Part shown: positions 45,723 to 53,971 of the stretch, piece by piece
Layout: each line of letters begins with the position of its first letter
Numbering within the stretch: the stretch's first letter is position 1
From: a virus
Taxonomy: Duplodnaviria; Heunggongvirae; Uroviricota; Caudoviricetes
DNA length: 64,000 nucleotides
Reading direction: 5' to 3' (one strand)
Virus record (IMG/VR): IMGVR_UViG_3300020577_007233
Coordinates: 125,593 to 189,592 of that record
Notes under the pieces: model-generated
What the model was told of the DNA's origin: nothing
The model's input: only the letters and a program-made list of their open reading frames with translations
The model's database searches: none
Position numbers and translations under genes: made by a program

Positions 45723-45976
45723 TAGAAGCTCACTTGTACGTCAAAAGAACGAAGCTTTTGTCTCAACTGCTGTTGAATAGTGTTTAGTATCATTGCATCG
45801 GACTGCGACAAACCAGTTATCGCTGAAACATTCAGTGTTGTAAACGCCTGCTGAAAAGTCTTAATCTTTGGGTCTGATTGCTGAGGCTGATTAGGAGATT
45901 TCAGTCTGTTTGGCGAAAACGTAACAGTCTGAGACTGTTGAGCTTCTACATAGGATTTTGTAGCAATCTTTTTCAT
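45722..45976 (-). CDS. Hypothetical protein (84 aa)
   Basis: Start moved to MKKIAT (ATGA overlap with the upstream stop). Confidence 0.5.
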   Translation of the reverse strand: MKKIATKSYVEAQQSQTVTFSPNRLKSPNQPQQSDPKIKTFQQAFTTLNVSAITGLSQSDAMILNTIQQQLRQKLRSFDVQVSF

Positions 45977-46716
45977 GACCAAAGAGTATTCCTGTGAGGA
46001 TATGGGTTTTCGCCTTCTTTGCCCCAAAGAAACGGCTCGTTCCTTAGCTCTCTCCAAACAAAACCTTCATTTACTCGGGGATCGTTATATCCCTCTAATC
46101 CCATCTTATACCTACGTTGTCCTTGCTTATCCTTCTCTCTACCAGCAACCTCGTCGCTAATTGAAGACCAATCAAAAACCCTCTCTTGCATAGGAAGGTC
46201 TAGGTTTGTAAACGGTCCATGCACACCCTTTGCTATTGTTACGTCTCTGTTGACAAGAGATTTTGCATATCTTGATATCAAAGACTTTATGTATAGATTC
46301 TTTGCAAGGACATGACTAACCCACTCAATCGCAAGCTTGTACTCAATTATCTTGGACATCGTTCTGTACGAGAACTCGTTAATATCCCTTGAAAGTGCCC
46401 AACAAAGAGAGTCCTCAATTTGAGCAAAGTTGGTTAGCCCTGGAAACAGATAAACCATTCGCTTTAGTCCTTGTAGCGAATGAATAAAGATATTGTCTAT
46501 TCCTTCTGCTGCCTTGCCATTTCTAGGAGAAGGCTCCTTGAGTATCTCGCACACTTCGTTCCAGAGCTTTTCGGTAATACCAAAAGCAGCCTTGGCCTTT
46601 GCTTTGTGAAGTGCAATAGCATGACTAATTGGAAAGACTCCATTGGTCGTTTTGACGTTATTCCCTTTCACGGTAATGCCGTGAATGGCTAGTTCTTTCT
46701 TAAGTAGATCAAGCAT
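45973..46716 (-). CDS. Hypothetical protein
   Basis: 247-aa ORF with GAGGA RBS. Confidence 0.65.
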   Translation of the reverse strand: MLDLLKKELAIHGITVKGNNVKTTNGVFPISHAIALHKAKAKAAFGITEKLWNEVCEILKEPSPRNGKAAEGIDNIFIHSLQGLKRMVYLFPGLTNFAQIEDSLCWALSRDINEFSYRTMSKIIEYKLAIEWVSHVLAKNLYIKSLISRYAKSLVNRDVTIAKGVHGPFTNLDLPMQERVFDWSSISDEVAGREKDKQGQRRYKMGLEGYNDPRVNEGFVWRELRNEPFLWGKEGENPYPHRNTLWS

Positions 46717-47329
46717 AGCTTACGTCCTCAACAGGCCTTCTCTTGATGCCTAGCGTAATATGGAAATCGTGATCCAGAATCTTCGGGGAAAGACCGTATG
46801 CTTTTCGTAGCTTCTCAAGCTCAGGCGCTTCAACAGGAATTAACCAAACAGCTTCCATTTCTTCCCAACCGTCTGGATTTTCAACCTTTTGCACGCCCTT
46901 CATTTTATAGCTGATTCTCTTGCCAACATCTGCAAAAGAGATGTTATTGTCAACTACCTCTCGTCGTTTAATAACCGTTATGTGAGCGCCGATATCGTCG
47001 TAGTGTCTTTCGTTTTTGGGTGGCTTTTCAACGTCGCTACCCAATAGAGGTAAGAACCCTCCAAAAATTGAGTTAGGAACATCGACAAAAACAAAGCCAT
47101 CTCTGGTCTGCCTAATTTCTCCCTGAAAAACAACATCTACAGCATCGCTTGCAAACTTTTTCAGAAATCCATCAGCTTTCAGTATGGCTTCTTTTTGATA
47201 GTCCCTAGTCATATCTTCAGCGTAATCAGGAGGATACAGATTGGACCAGTAAAGCGTAAGCTTTGCCTCGTCCTTCTTCCTCCTCTTAAGCCACTTAGGA
47301 GATACACTTTTAGAAACTATCTCTTTCAA
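46709..47329 (-). CDS. 2H phosphoesterase superfamily protein
   Basis: Two H-x-T-hydrophobic motifs (AHITV and FHITL) about 80 aa apart. TTG start. Confidence 0.75.
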   Translation of the reverse strand: MKEIVSKSVSPKWLKRRKKDEAKLTLYWSNLYPPDYAEDMTRDYQKEAILKADGFLKKFASDAVDVVFQGEIRQTRDGFVFVDVPNSIFGGFLPLLGSDVEKPPKNERHYDDIGAHITVIKRREVVDNNISFADVGKRISYKMKGVQKVENPDGWEEMEAVWLIPVEAPELEKLRKAYGLSPKILDHDFHITLGIKRRPVEDVSYA

Positions 47330-47332
47330 ACA

Positions 47333-48031
47333 TTAGACCCCTTTTCTGGACTCTATACTTTTCTGAGTTTGTATGAGTCTTTCCTTTGCTTGTTTTTGAT
47401 CTACAAACTCTATGCCACCGTCGTTTTCTCTATCAATTTCAGCTATTCGTTCCTCAATACTGCTTGGAGCTTTGCCTTTATTTGGATTATGAACGTAGGT
47501 GCCTTTGGGGTTAGCTTTGTTTACCAAGTCCTCTCCGTTGGGGTTGACTACATAAACGCCGTTCTTACTTTCTGAGTCTTCATCTCTACCAACCCTCTTG
47601 ATGGTTCTGGACTTCTTTTCAGTCTTCTCTTGCTTTTCAGATTTAGGGGTTTCTTGTTTCTGAACTTCACCATCAGCATTGACAGCCAAAACTTTGCCGC
47701 TTCTAATGTACTGAAGCAACTCTAGGCCTTCGGCGTGCTTTTTAGGAATAAAGAATCTCTGAGCAGGACGAACAGTTAGTCCCCAAGAAAACACAAGAAT
47801 GCCTTTTGATTCGTTTGAAAATTCAGACATACCCTCTACTGCCTTCTTCTTGCCTCCTTTGGGCAATTCACTCTTGTCAATCAGAAGAAGACCAGCATTG
47901 ATAAGCCCTTGGGTCTCGGCAAATTCAAGTTGCTCTGCTGTTACTTCAACAAGATCTCCAGCTTTGTAACTTCCTGGTAAGAACGAAATTGAGAGCTTAC
48001 CTTTAAGTGTTTCTACTACGTTCAACTTCAT
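47333..48031 (-). CDS. Hypothetical protein
   Basis: 232-aa ORF with AGGAG RBS. Confidence 0.65.
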   Translation of the reverse strand: MKLNVVETLKGKLSISFLPGSYKAGDLVEVTAEQLEFAETQGLINAGLLLIDKSELPKGGKKKAVEGMSEFSNESKGILVFSWGLTVRPAQRFFIPKKHAEGLELLQYIRSGKVLAVNADGEVQKQETPKSEKQEKTEKKSRTIKRVGRDEDSESKNGVYVVNPNGEDLVNKANPKGTYVHNPNKGKAPSSIEERIAEIDRENDGGIEFVDQKQAKERLIQTQKSIESRKGV

Positions 48032-48041
48032 GTTCTACTCC

Positions 48042-48506
48042 TTATAGATGTCTAAGCCTACTTCTAACCCCCTTCAAAACCCCTTGTGCTGAGTTTACAT
48101 TGAAGGGAGGCCTGTCTCTTCCATTATCGTCTAACTGTCGTTTTACTGTATCGTTTATGCCTAATGTGGCGTCTCCCGTTGAAGGCTCTTTATCGTCATG
48201 TAGCTCAAGTCCATGATCCGTTACAATGCCTGTTCCATTGTCGTGTTTTGGGCGTCCTTCTTCGTCCGTTATGAACGGTTTATCAGAAGGCCATTCTTTG
48301 TTCTCGGAAAAAGCCGCACCACCCGATGGAGTAGAATCAGAAAAACCATGATCGCCGGGTCTAATTAAATCATTACCAGCCCCGCTTCCTGGTTTGCCCT
48401 TTTTTCTTCTATAAGGGTCCGAAAGCAAAGGGCTAGTTAGATCAAAGACTTCTGGTGGGTCTTGTCTTGCGAGTTTCGAAAGATTAAAAGGGCGCTTCTG
48501 GTTCAT
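48042..48506 (-). CDS. Low-complexity protein with N-terminal FNLSKLAR motif
   Basis: Start moved to MNQKRP (GGGGA RBS). Confidence 0.6.
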   Translation of the reverse strand: MNQKRPFNLSKLARQDPPEVFDLTSPLLSDPYRRKKGKPGSGAGNDLIRPGDHGFSDSTPSGGAAFSENKEWPSDKPFITDEEGRPKHDNGTGIVTDHGLELHDDKEPSTGDATLGINDTVKRQLDDNGRDRPPFNVNSAQGVLKGVRSRLRHL

Positions 48507-49611
48507 TAGGTTCCCCCGTGTTTGATGCATCTTGAGGAATCACATCGACAGGGCTATTGTCAATTTGGACGGGACCATTACCGCCTATACCGCTTGTAGG
48601 AGGTGCAGAACCGTCAACCGCTGGCGCTCCAACCGAGCCAGTATCGCCAACTGGTGCGCCTGGAAGCTCTTCTGGCGGCATAGGAATATCACTCATGCTG
48701 AAACCATTAAAGGCCTCAGCTTCCTCTTCAGGACTAACATCCGCCCTTGAAGCATCCATACCGGACATTCTGGCGGACAAAAGGGGATCGTCTGTTACGT
48801 CTGGACTTCCATCCAAGAAATCTGCCTGATTAGCCGGGTCTCCGGGAGTTGGAACAATCTGAGCCATTACAAGAGCCTTATCTTTGTTAATTCCGTCTAC
48901 GAGTTCTCTTTCATCTCTTGTAAGATCTCTTTTTTCTTGAGCGGCCTTGAAATAGATACCAAACAGCAAACCATCAGCATCTTTGAGAGATGACATAGCC
49001 ATCTTTAGAGCCTTTTCGTTGCCCGCAAAACCATGCATAGGTTTGATGTCCAAGCCAGGAGAAAAATTCTTTCTATTGGTTTGAGCTTTAGGATCTAGCG
49101 GAAGGTTGTTCAGCTTTCCAAATCTTTCAGGGCTATTAGGCAGTTGACTTCCTTTTGATGGAACGTTAGCTGGAACCTTAGTAATAGGACCATCCAACTG
49201 AACTCCAATATACTTGTCCCAAAATTCCGTATCTGCTCCCTTGTTTGCCTTAGAGAATGCATCTCTAAACTTCCTGTCATTTGCATGAGCAAGGGCATCA
49301 ATAGGCGCAACTTGATAATTGTCTTCGCCGTCCTTGAACTGCCTGTGAGGAAACAAAGAAGAATCTGCGTCTTCAAGAGCGCCTTCAGTAACCTTCTCAG
49401 CAGCCTTGGCATTCTTTCTTGCCTCATCAAGCCTTGCTTCGTGGGTTACTTCCTTTGTTGTCCTACGGTCCTTCTCAAGCATAGCGTTATATGAAACAAC
49501 GCCAGTACCATGTAGGGATAGGTTATGCTTTTCTGTGTTTGCTGGCAATGCCGAAGACTGTGGCATTACGCTGTCGTTTACTTTTTGTGATTTCTTGAGA
49601 TTGAAAGCCAT
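48484..49611 (-). CDS. Hypothetical head-region protein with N-terminal FNLKKSQ motif
   Basis: 375-aa ORF with GAGGAG RBS, directly downstream of terminase. Confidence 0.7.
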   Translation of the reverse strand: MAFNLKKSQKVNDSVMPQSSALPANTEKHNLSLHGTGVVSYNAMLEKDRRTTKEVTHEARLDEARKNAKAAEKVTEGALEDADSSLFPHRQFKDGEDNYQVAPIDALAHANDRKFRDAFSKANKGADTEFWDKYIGVQLDGPITKVPANVPSKGSQLPNSPERFGKLNNLPLDPKAQTNRKNFSPGLDIKPMHGFAGNEKALKMAMSSLKDADGLLFGIYFKAAQEKRDLTRDERELVDGINKDKALVMAQIVPTPGDPANQADFLDGSPDVTDDPLLSARMSGMDASRADVSPEEEAEAFNGFSMSDIPMPPEELPGAPVGDTGSVGAPAVDGSAPPTSGIGGNGPVQIDNSPVDVIPQDASNTGEPNEPEAPF

Positions 49612-49621
49612 CTTAAACTCC

Positions 49622-52600
49622 TCAGCGAGGATACGATTGTGATCTTCGCTCTAAATTCTTTGCTACCTGACCGCCTGGGCCGACTCCGTATGGTTGACCT
49701 GACATAGATCTCCATACTATATCGTTCCCACCTCCAATTACGGGAACTGATACAAGTCTTCCTTGTGGAAGCCTGCTAAGTTCTTTCTCTATGCAATTAT
49801 AGCAAGCCCCTGCAAGAGCGTCACAAAGGTCATCCGTTGTAACGTCTCCGTCTTTTCTTGGGTATACCTTAAATCCGCTATCTAGCCACTTTCTTTGAAG
49901 ATTTAGCATCTCATTCTTCAGTAGGAGATGATTAGGAATAAGCAGTTTGTTTTTGATTGCGATCTGATAAAGGTTGTCGTAGATCAAGTTTTTGTATTGC
50001 TTGCTATAGGGAGTCATTTTTGTAGGAATTCCCTTTTTTCTAAGCTTTGCAATGCTTGTCTGGCTGTTGAAATGGTCATAAGTGACTAATCCAAAGCAGA
50101 ACTTAAAGTTGAGAGAAGCAACATACTCGTCAACCTCATCAACTACAATCGGCTTTCCAGGAGAAGGCGACCAATACTTAATGTGGTCTACGACTATCTT
50201 CCAGTCTTTCTTGTGCTGCTCAAAGTCAAAGAAAACCTCCTTGTGAGCTATAACAAGAGCGTAATTATGGCTTGATGTTGCAGGATCTAAGTGGGCAAAA
50301 TAGGTTATGCCATGAAGCCCAAAATCTCTAAACTTCAAAGACTTATCAGAAAAACAGCTTTCAACGTCTTCTTCCCTAAAGAAGTTCTCGCCAGCAGTTC
50401 CTGAAAACTCGGCAGCAAATTCCATCTGGAACTTTTCTTCGGGCATGTCCGGGAAGGCTGCCATAAGGCCTTCTTTGGTCTGCATAGGATTGACCTGCCA
50501 AGTAGCAGCCCTGCAAACAAGCCTATGAGAGACTTGCTCATGAGAACTGTAAAGGTTGTAGAAGATACCCTCTTTACCTCTTGGCGACGAAAGACAAATA
50601 ATCTTTCCATCATAAATGGTTTCTGTTAGAAGGACACCATTCTCGTCATACAAAAACTTACCGTGTTCATTGAGTCTTGGAACACTTCTAACATACGTTT
50701 TCGTTGCAGGGCCAAGAGAGTTGTAAATAGCATCACCAGAAGAAGAACCTCCGGTATTTTTGTACAAACCAATCTCGTCCAACAAGAGAACATAGCATGA
50801 GATACCTACCAAGCTGTCTGAGTTACTGTGACCTGATCGAACAACAACTGAACCCAAACTTGGGGCAAAGCCTTTAGACCTAAGCTCTTCGTTGTGAATC
50901 TTGTCAGCAGGAGTAAGGAAATGAATTGCATCAGAAGTAATGCCTTCTGGGACAACCTTATCCTTGAAGTAGTCGCTCTTAAGAACCTTGTCTTTGATTT
51001 CTTTGAACAGAATCTGAGCCTGAGCCGCTGCGTTTGCTATGGTTAGTATTGTAAATGGAGTTGCAGAGCCAAGGTTGTAGATCTTGTAAGGATTACCTCC
51101 GGGAACTTCAAGAAGTCTCATTGCTTCGTATAGCGCAATGATAGAAGTAAGGAAGTCTTTACCGCTGTTATGGCAAATCAAGCCATTCGAAACAAAGTTC
51201 TGTAAATGCTCTTTATCTGAAACTTGTATATCGTATGTTCTTTTGATGCCGTTTTTCTTGATCTGAGTGATTGGAGAGAATATGGGAGCATCAAAATCAA
51301 TAGCTATTTCAGAGCTTTCTTTTGCTGTTTTCTGAAACTGCTCATGACCAATAAGCCCAATTTCTTCAACAAAAAGCTTGACATATGAGTTTTTCGAAAT
51401 AGTAAGAACATGCTCTGGTTTTGCGTTTATGAGCTTTGATTGTAGTGTTGCAAAAATTCCAAACCTAGACAGTAGATGCTGAATCTGCCTTGTAAGCAAA
51501 AGACTACTAAATGCTGCTTCTATTTTACAAGTAGTTCTAGACGTTTTTGTGTGCGTTGGAACTCCGTCGCAGCTAAAAATAGCCCTAAGATAGGACGCAA
51601 CAATACTCTTGGGGGAAAGAAAGATTCTTGCAGGAACGAACTTTTGCAAACCACTCTTATTCTTCAGTCCGTTAGCGGTAATCAGAGTTATGATATTAGA
51701 TTCTGTTTCTTCTTTCTTGGATGCCTTTTGAGCAACAACAAAGCTGTACTTTCTTTCATCAAAAGACTTGATGTTGTAGTTCTCTGCGCTGTCAATTTTG
51801 AGATCGTCCGAAATAGCTCCGATTCTCTTTTTGAAATCCTCAAGAACGCTTCCTTCGGCAAGCGTCGTTGCAACGTAGCATCCTGTTGAATCGCACGCTG
51901 CGCTGCTCATATATCCGAGAAAAGCCGCTTCGTCTTCGCAGATTTCTGTTGATGACCCAAAGAACGGCTGAACAGCAGCTATCGCTATTTTGTCCTTTGG
52001 CTTCAAGTCTTTTACTTGCACCCATCCGTTATCAGTCAGCATCGGATGGTTGTCTGTCGCTTCTATTTCGTGCCCAGATGCGGTTTGAATCAAATAAACA
52101 GCCCTCTTGCCTTGGCTTATGAGGTTGCAGTCATTGATGAGATTCATGGTCTTTGTTTTTTCATCGAAAGTCCAAGAATCAAGCTTTAGTTTTCCGTAAT
52201 TCCAAAGTTCACCAAGAGTCCAAATCTTACCAGTTTGAGGATCGACCACTTCTGCGCTTTCAGAAAGACATCTTCTTCCCCAAACAAGAACAAGCTCTCT
52301 AAAGTGGTTTCCTGACTTCCATTTATCAAGCATCGAGCCGTTGTGCGGATCGTTAAGAGCGTATTTTTCCATAAGAGCAAGATCTTCAGGAGTTAGCTCA
52401 ACGTTTTCATTTCCATCGCTTCCTCGATAGAAACACTTCAGCACCAGTTTTTGCATGTCGTATAGATTTGCTGGTGGATTGTTGTGAGGAAGTCCAAGAT
52501 ATTCTGGGCTTTCGACAAACTCTAGAATACTCGGCATTTTACCTATTGCCACAGCATCTGCGTTCATTTTTGAACGTAGCTTATCAAATCCAGACACAAC

Positions 52601-52636
52601 ATTATCAGTGTTCTTTGTTTTCTTATCCTTAGCCAT
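49622..52636 (-). CDS. terL: Terminase large subunit (intein-containing)
   Basis: Walker A VWGRR^SGKD split by an intein. Walker B LLLDEIG, SSPRGKEG coupling motif, RNase H-like HLDPATS, YDHFNS and DDLCDA. Confidence 0.9.
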   Translation of the reverse strand: MAKDKKTKNTDNVVSGFDKLRSKMNADAVAIGKMPSILEFVESPEYLGLPHNNPPANLYDMQKLVLKCFYRGSDGNENVELTPEDLALMEKYALNDPHNGSMLDKWKSGNHFRELVLVWGRRCLSESAEVVDPQTGKIWTLGELWNYGKLKLDSWTFDEKTKTMNLINDCNLISQGKRAVYLIQTASGHEIEATDNHPMLTDNGWVQVKDLKPKDKIAIAAVQPFFGSSTEICEDEAAFLGYMSSAACDSTGCYVATTLAEGSVLEDFKKRIGAISDDLKIDSAENYNIKSFDERKYSFVVAQKASKKEETESNIITLITANGLKNKSGLQKFVPARIFLSPKSIVASYLRAIFSCDGVPTHTKTSRTTCKIEAAFSSLLLTRQIQHLLSRFGIFATLQSKLINAKPEHVLTISKNSYVKLFVEEIGLIGHEQFQKTAKESSEIAIDFDAPIFSPITQIKKNGIKRTYDIQVSDKEHLQNFVSNGLICHNSGKDFLTSIIALYEAMRLLEVPGGNPYKIYNLGSATPFTILTIANAAAQAQILFKEIKDKVLKSDYFKDKVVPEGITSDAIHFLTPADKIHNEELRSKGFAPSLGSVVVRSGHSNSDSLVGISCYVLLLDEIGLYKNTGGSSSGDAIYNSLGPATKTYVRSVPRLNEHGKFLYDENGVLLTETIYDGKIICLSSPRGKEGIFYNLYSSHEQVSHRLVCRAATWQVNPMQTKEGLMAAFPDMPEEKFQMEFAAEFSGTAGENFFREEDVESCFSDKSLKFRDFGLHGITYFAHLDPATSSHNYALVIAHKEVFFDFEQHKKDWKIVVDHIKYWSPSPGKPIVVDEVDEYVASLNFKFCFGLVTYDHFNSQTSIAKLRKKGIPTKMTPYSKQYKNLIYDNLYQIAIKNKLLIPNHLLLKNEMLNLQRKWLDSGFKVYPRKDGDVTTDDLCDALAGACYNCIEKELSRLPQGRLVSVPVIGGGNDIVWRSMSGQPYGVGPGGQVAKNLERRSQSYPR
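51167..52270 (-). mobile_element. Intein (368 aa) with LAGLIDADG-type homing endonuclease domain
   Basis: Starts with CLSESAEV, block B EIEATDNHPML, block E YLRAIFSCDG, ends TYDIQV..NFVSNGLICHN, followed by Ser (+1). Confidence 0.93.
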
Positions 52637-52638
52637 TA

Positions 52639-53169
52639 TTACCTCAAGTCTGAGGCTATCTTATAGACAATCCACGTGTCACCGCCATCATAAGTAAAAA
52701 ACTTCAATATGTCTATAGCGCCAGAGTTTGTTGAAAAGCTTATCGCAAGGTGCGAACTTGTTTTGAAAGTGCTTGGGAGCGTTATTGTATGACCGCCTGA
52801 AGACTGCTCAACAAGAAGAGTAATCTCAAAAGCATTAGTAACGCTAACGTTGCTCAGTATGGTCAAAGAGACATCACCTGTCAATGTCATCTTTTGAGTA
52901 TTTCCTCCGGTTGTACTAATCTGATAGTCACCAGAAACCTCTCCTATGTCATTAAAACTTAGATGACACTCGTTGAGTAACGGAGACTTTAGTTCTCCTT
53001 GGTGGAAATCTGCTTCGAGTTTTTCTACGCCAATCTTCAGTGGCGTTGCAACACCGTTGCCGCTATAGAGCGGCTTGGCTTCTTCTTCTATTCCAACGTT
53101 ACCGTTGTTCAAATAGAACAAATCGTTATGGATTTGGGCAGGAGTCTTATCTCCTATTTTAGCACTCAT
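52639..53169 (-). CDS. Small virion protein with fibre-type C-terminal beta domain
   Basis: TLTGDVSLT...ITLLVEQSSGGHTITLP...GAIDILKFFTYDGGDTW pattern. Confidence 0.6.
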   Translation of the reverse strand: MSAKIGDKTPAQIHNDLFYLNNGNVGIEEEAKPLYSGNGVATPLKIGVEKLEADFHQGELKSPLLNECHLSFNDIGEVSGDYQISTTGGNTQKMTLTGDVSLTILSNVSVTNAFEITLLVEQSSGGHTITLPSTFKTSSHLAISFSTNSGAIDILKFFTYDGGDTWIVYKIASDLR

Positions 53170-53182
53170 CTATACGTCCTCA

Positions 53183-53971
53183 TTACAGGTTCTCCCATCC
53201 TATTTTATCCCAAGGAAGCGTTATATCCTTCATTAATAGGCCTATGTCTATCAATCTAGCCCTTGAGTCGCCTATTACTGTTATCGTATATCCAATCTGT
53301 TCAGAAAGAATGGCATAGGTCAAAGGAACCTGCAAAAATTGATCTATAAGGAACTCGTCAAGGTTTTCGTAACCATACGCCTCGCCATATTCTCTAAGAA
53401 CGTGTTCGTTCAAAGCCCTGATAGCATTGTACATTGTCTGCTGGTTATCTAGGTGCTTGAAAATAATGTAAGCATACGTTCTTCTCAAGAAGCTTTCTAG
53501 CTCGGTCTTGTGTCTTTGCCTTGCATTAACATCAGTATTTCGCAGCGTGTTAAACATGCAAATCAAAGGTCCAAGTGATTGCTTTCCAAGATCATAAGCT
53601 TCAGAAATCCTCTCGGTTATTACCCTATAGTCATATGTTCCTATTCTGTGACCGTCATCAGGATTGGGGCCTCTTGTTGGCCTAAAAACAGGCGGAGCAG
53701 GCGGCGCTGGAGGAGTTATCGGAGGAGGAGAAGACGACAATGCATACGTTACCGTAAAGATATCGCTTGGACCCGACTCTTCAAAAGTCTCCAAATCATC
53801 AACAAGATAACGTGTAACTATAGAAACGAAATAGTAATATGTATTACCAAGAGTAACCGTCGTATCAACAAAGGTTGTTGTTGTGCTTGTTCCAACAAGA
53901 GCAAAACTACCAGGAAGCCCAGTAGTTGAGCGATAGATTTTGAATAGATAGAAGTCTCCCGGTGTTGACAT
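53183..53971 (-). CDS. Protein beginning with FN3 strands C-G, then a Pro linker and a helical domain
   Basis: MSTPGDFYLFKIYRS...FVDTTVTLGNTYYYFVSIV. GGAG RBS lies inside the upstream gene's final codons. Confidence 0.75.
   Translation of the reverse strand: MSTPGDFYLFKIYRSTTGLPGSFALVGTSTTTTFVDTTVTLGNTYYYFVSIVTRYLVDDLETFEESGPSDIFTVTYALSSSPPPITPPAPPAPPVFRPTRGPNPDDGHRIGTYDYRVITERISEAYDLGKQSLGPLICMFNTLRNTDVNARQRHKTELESFLRRTYAYIIFKHLDNQQTMYNAIRALNEHVLREYGEAYGYENLDEFLIDQFLQVPLTYAILSEQIGYTITVIGDSRARLIDIGLLMKDITLPWDKIGWENL

Noticed and set aside
47310-47335. Out-of-frame ATG (TAATG overlap) before the 2H gene suggesting a frameshift
   Set aside because: An in-frame TTG with an AAGGGG RBS at normal spacing explains initiation, and there is no slippery site.
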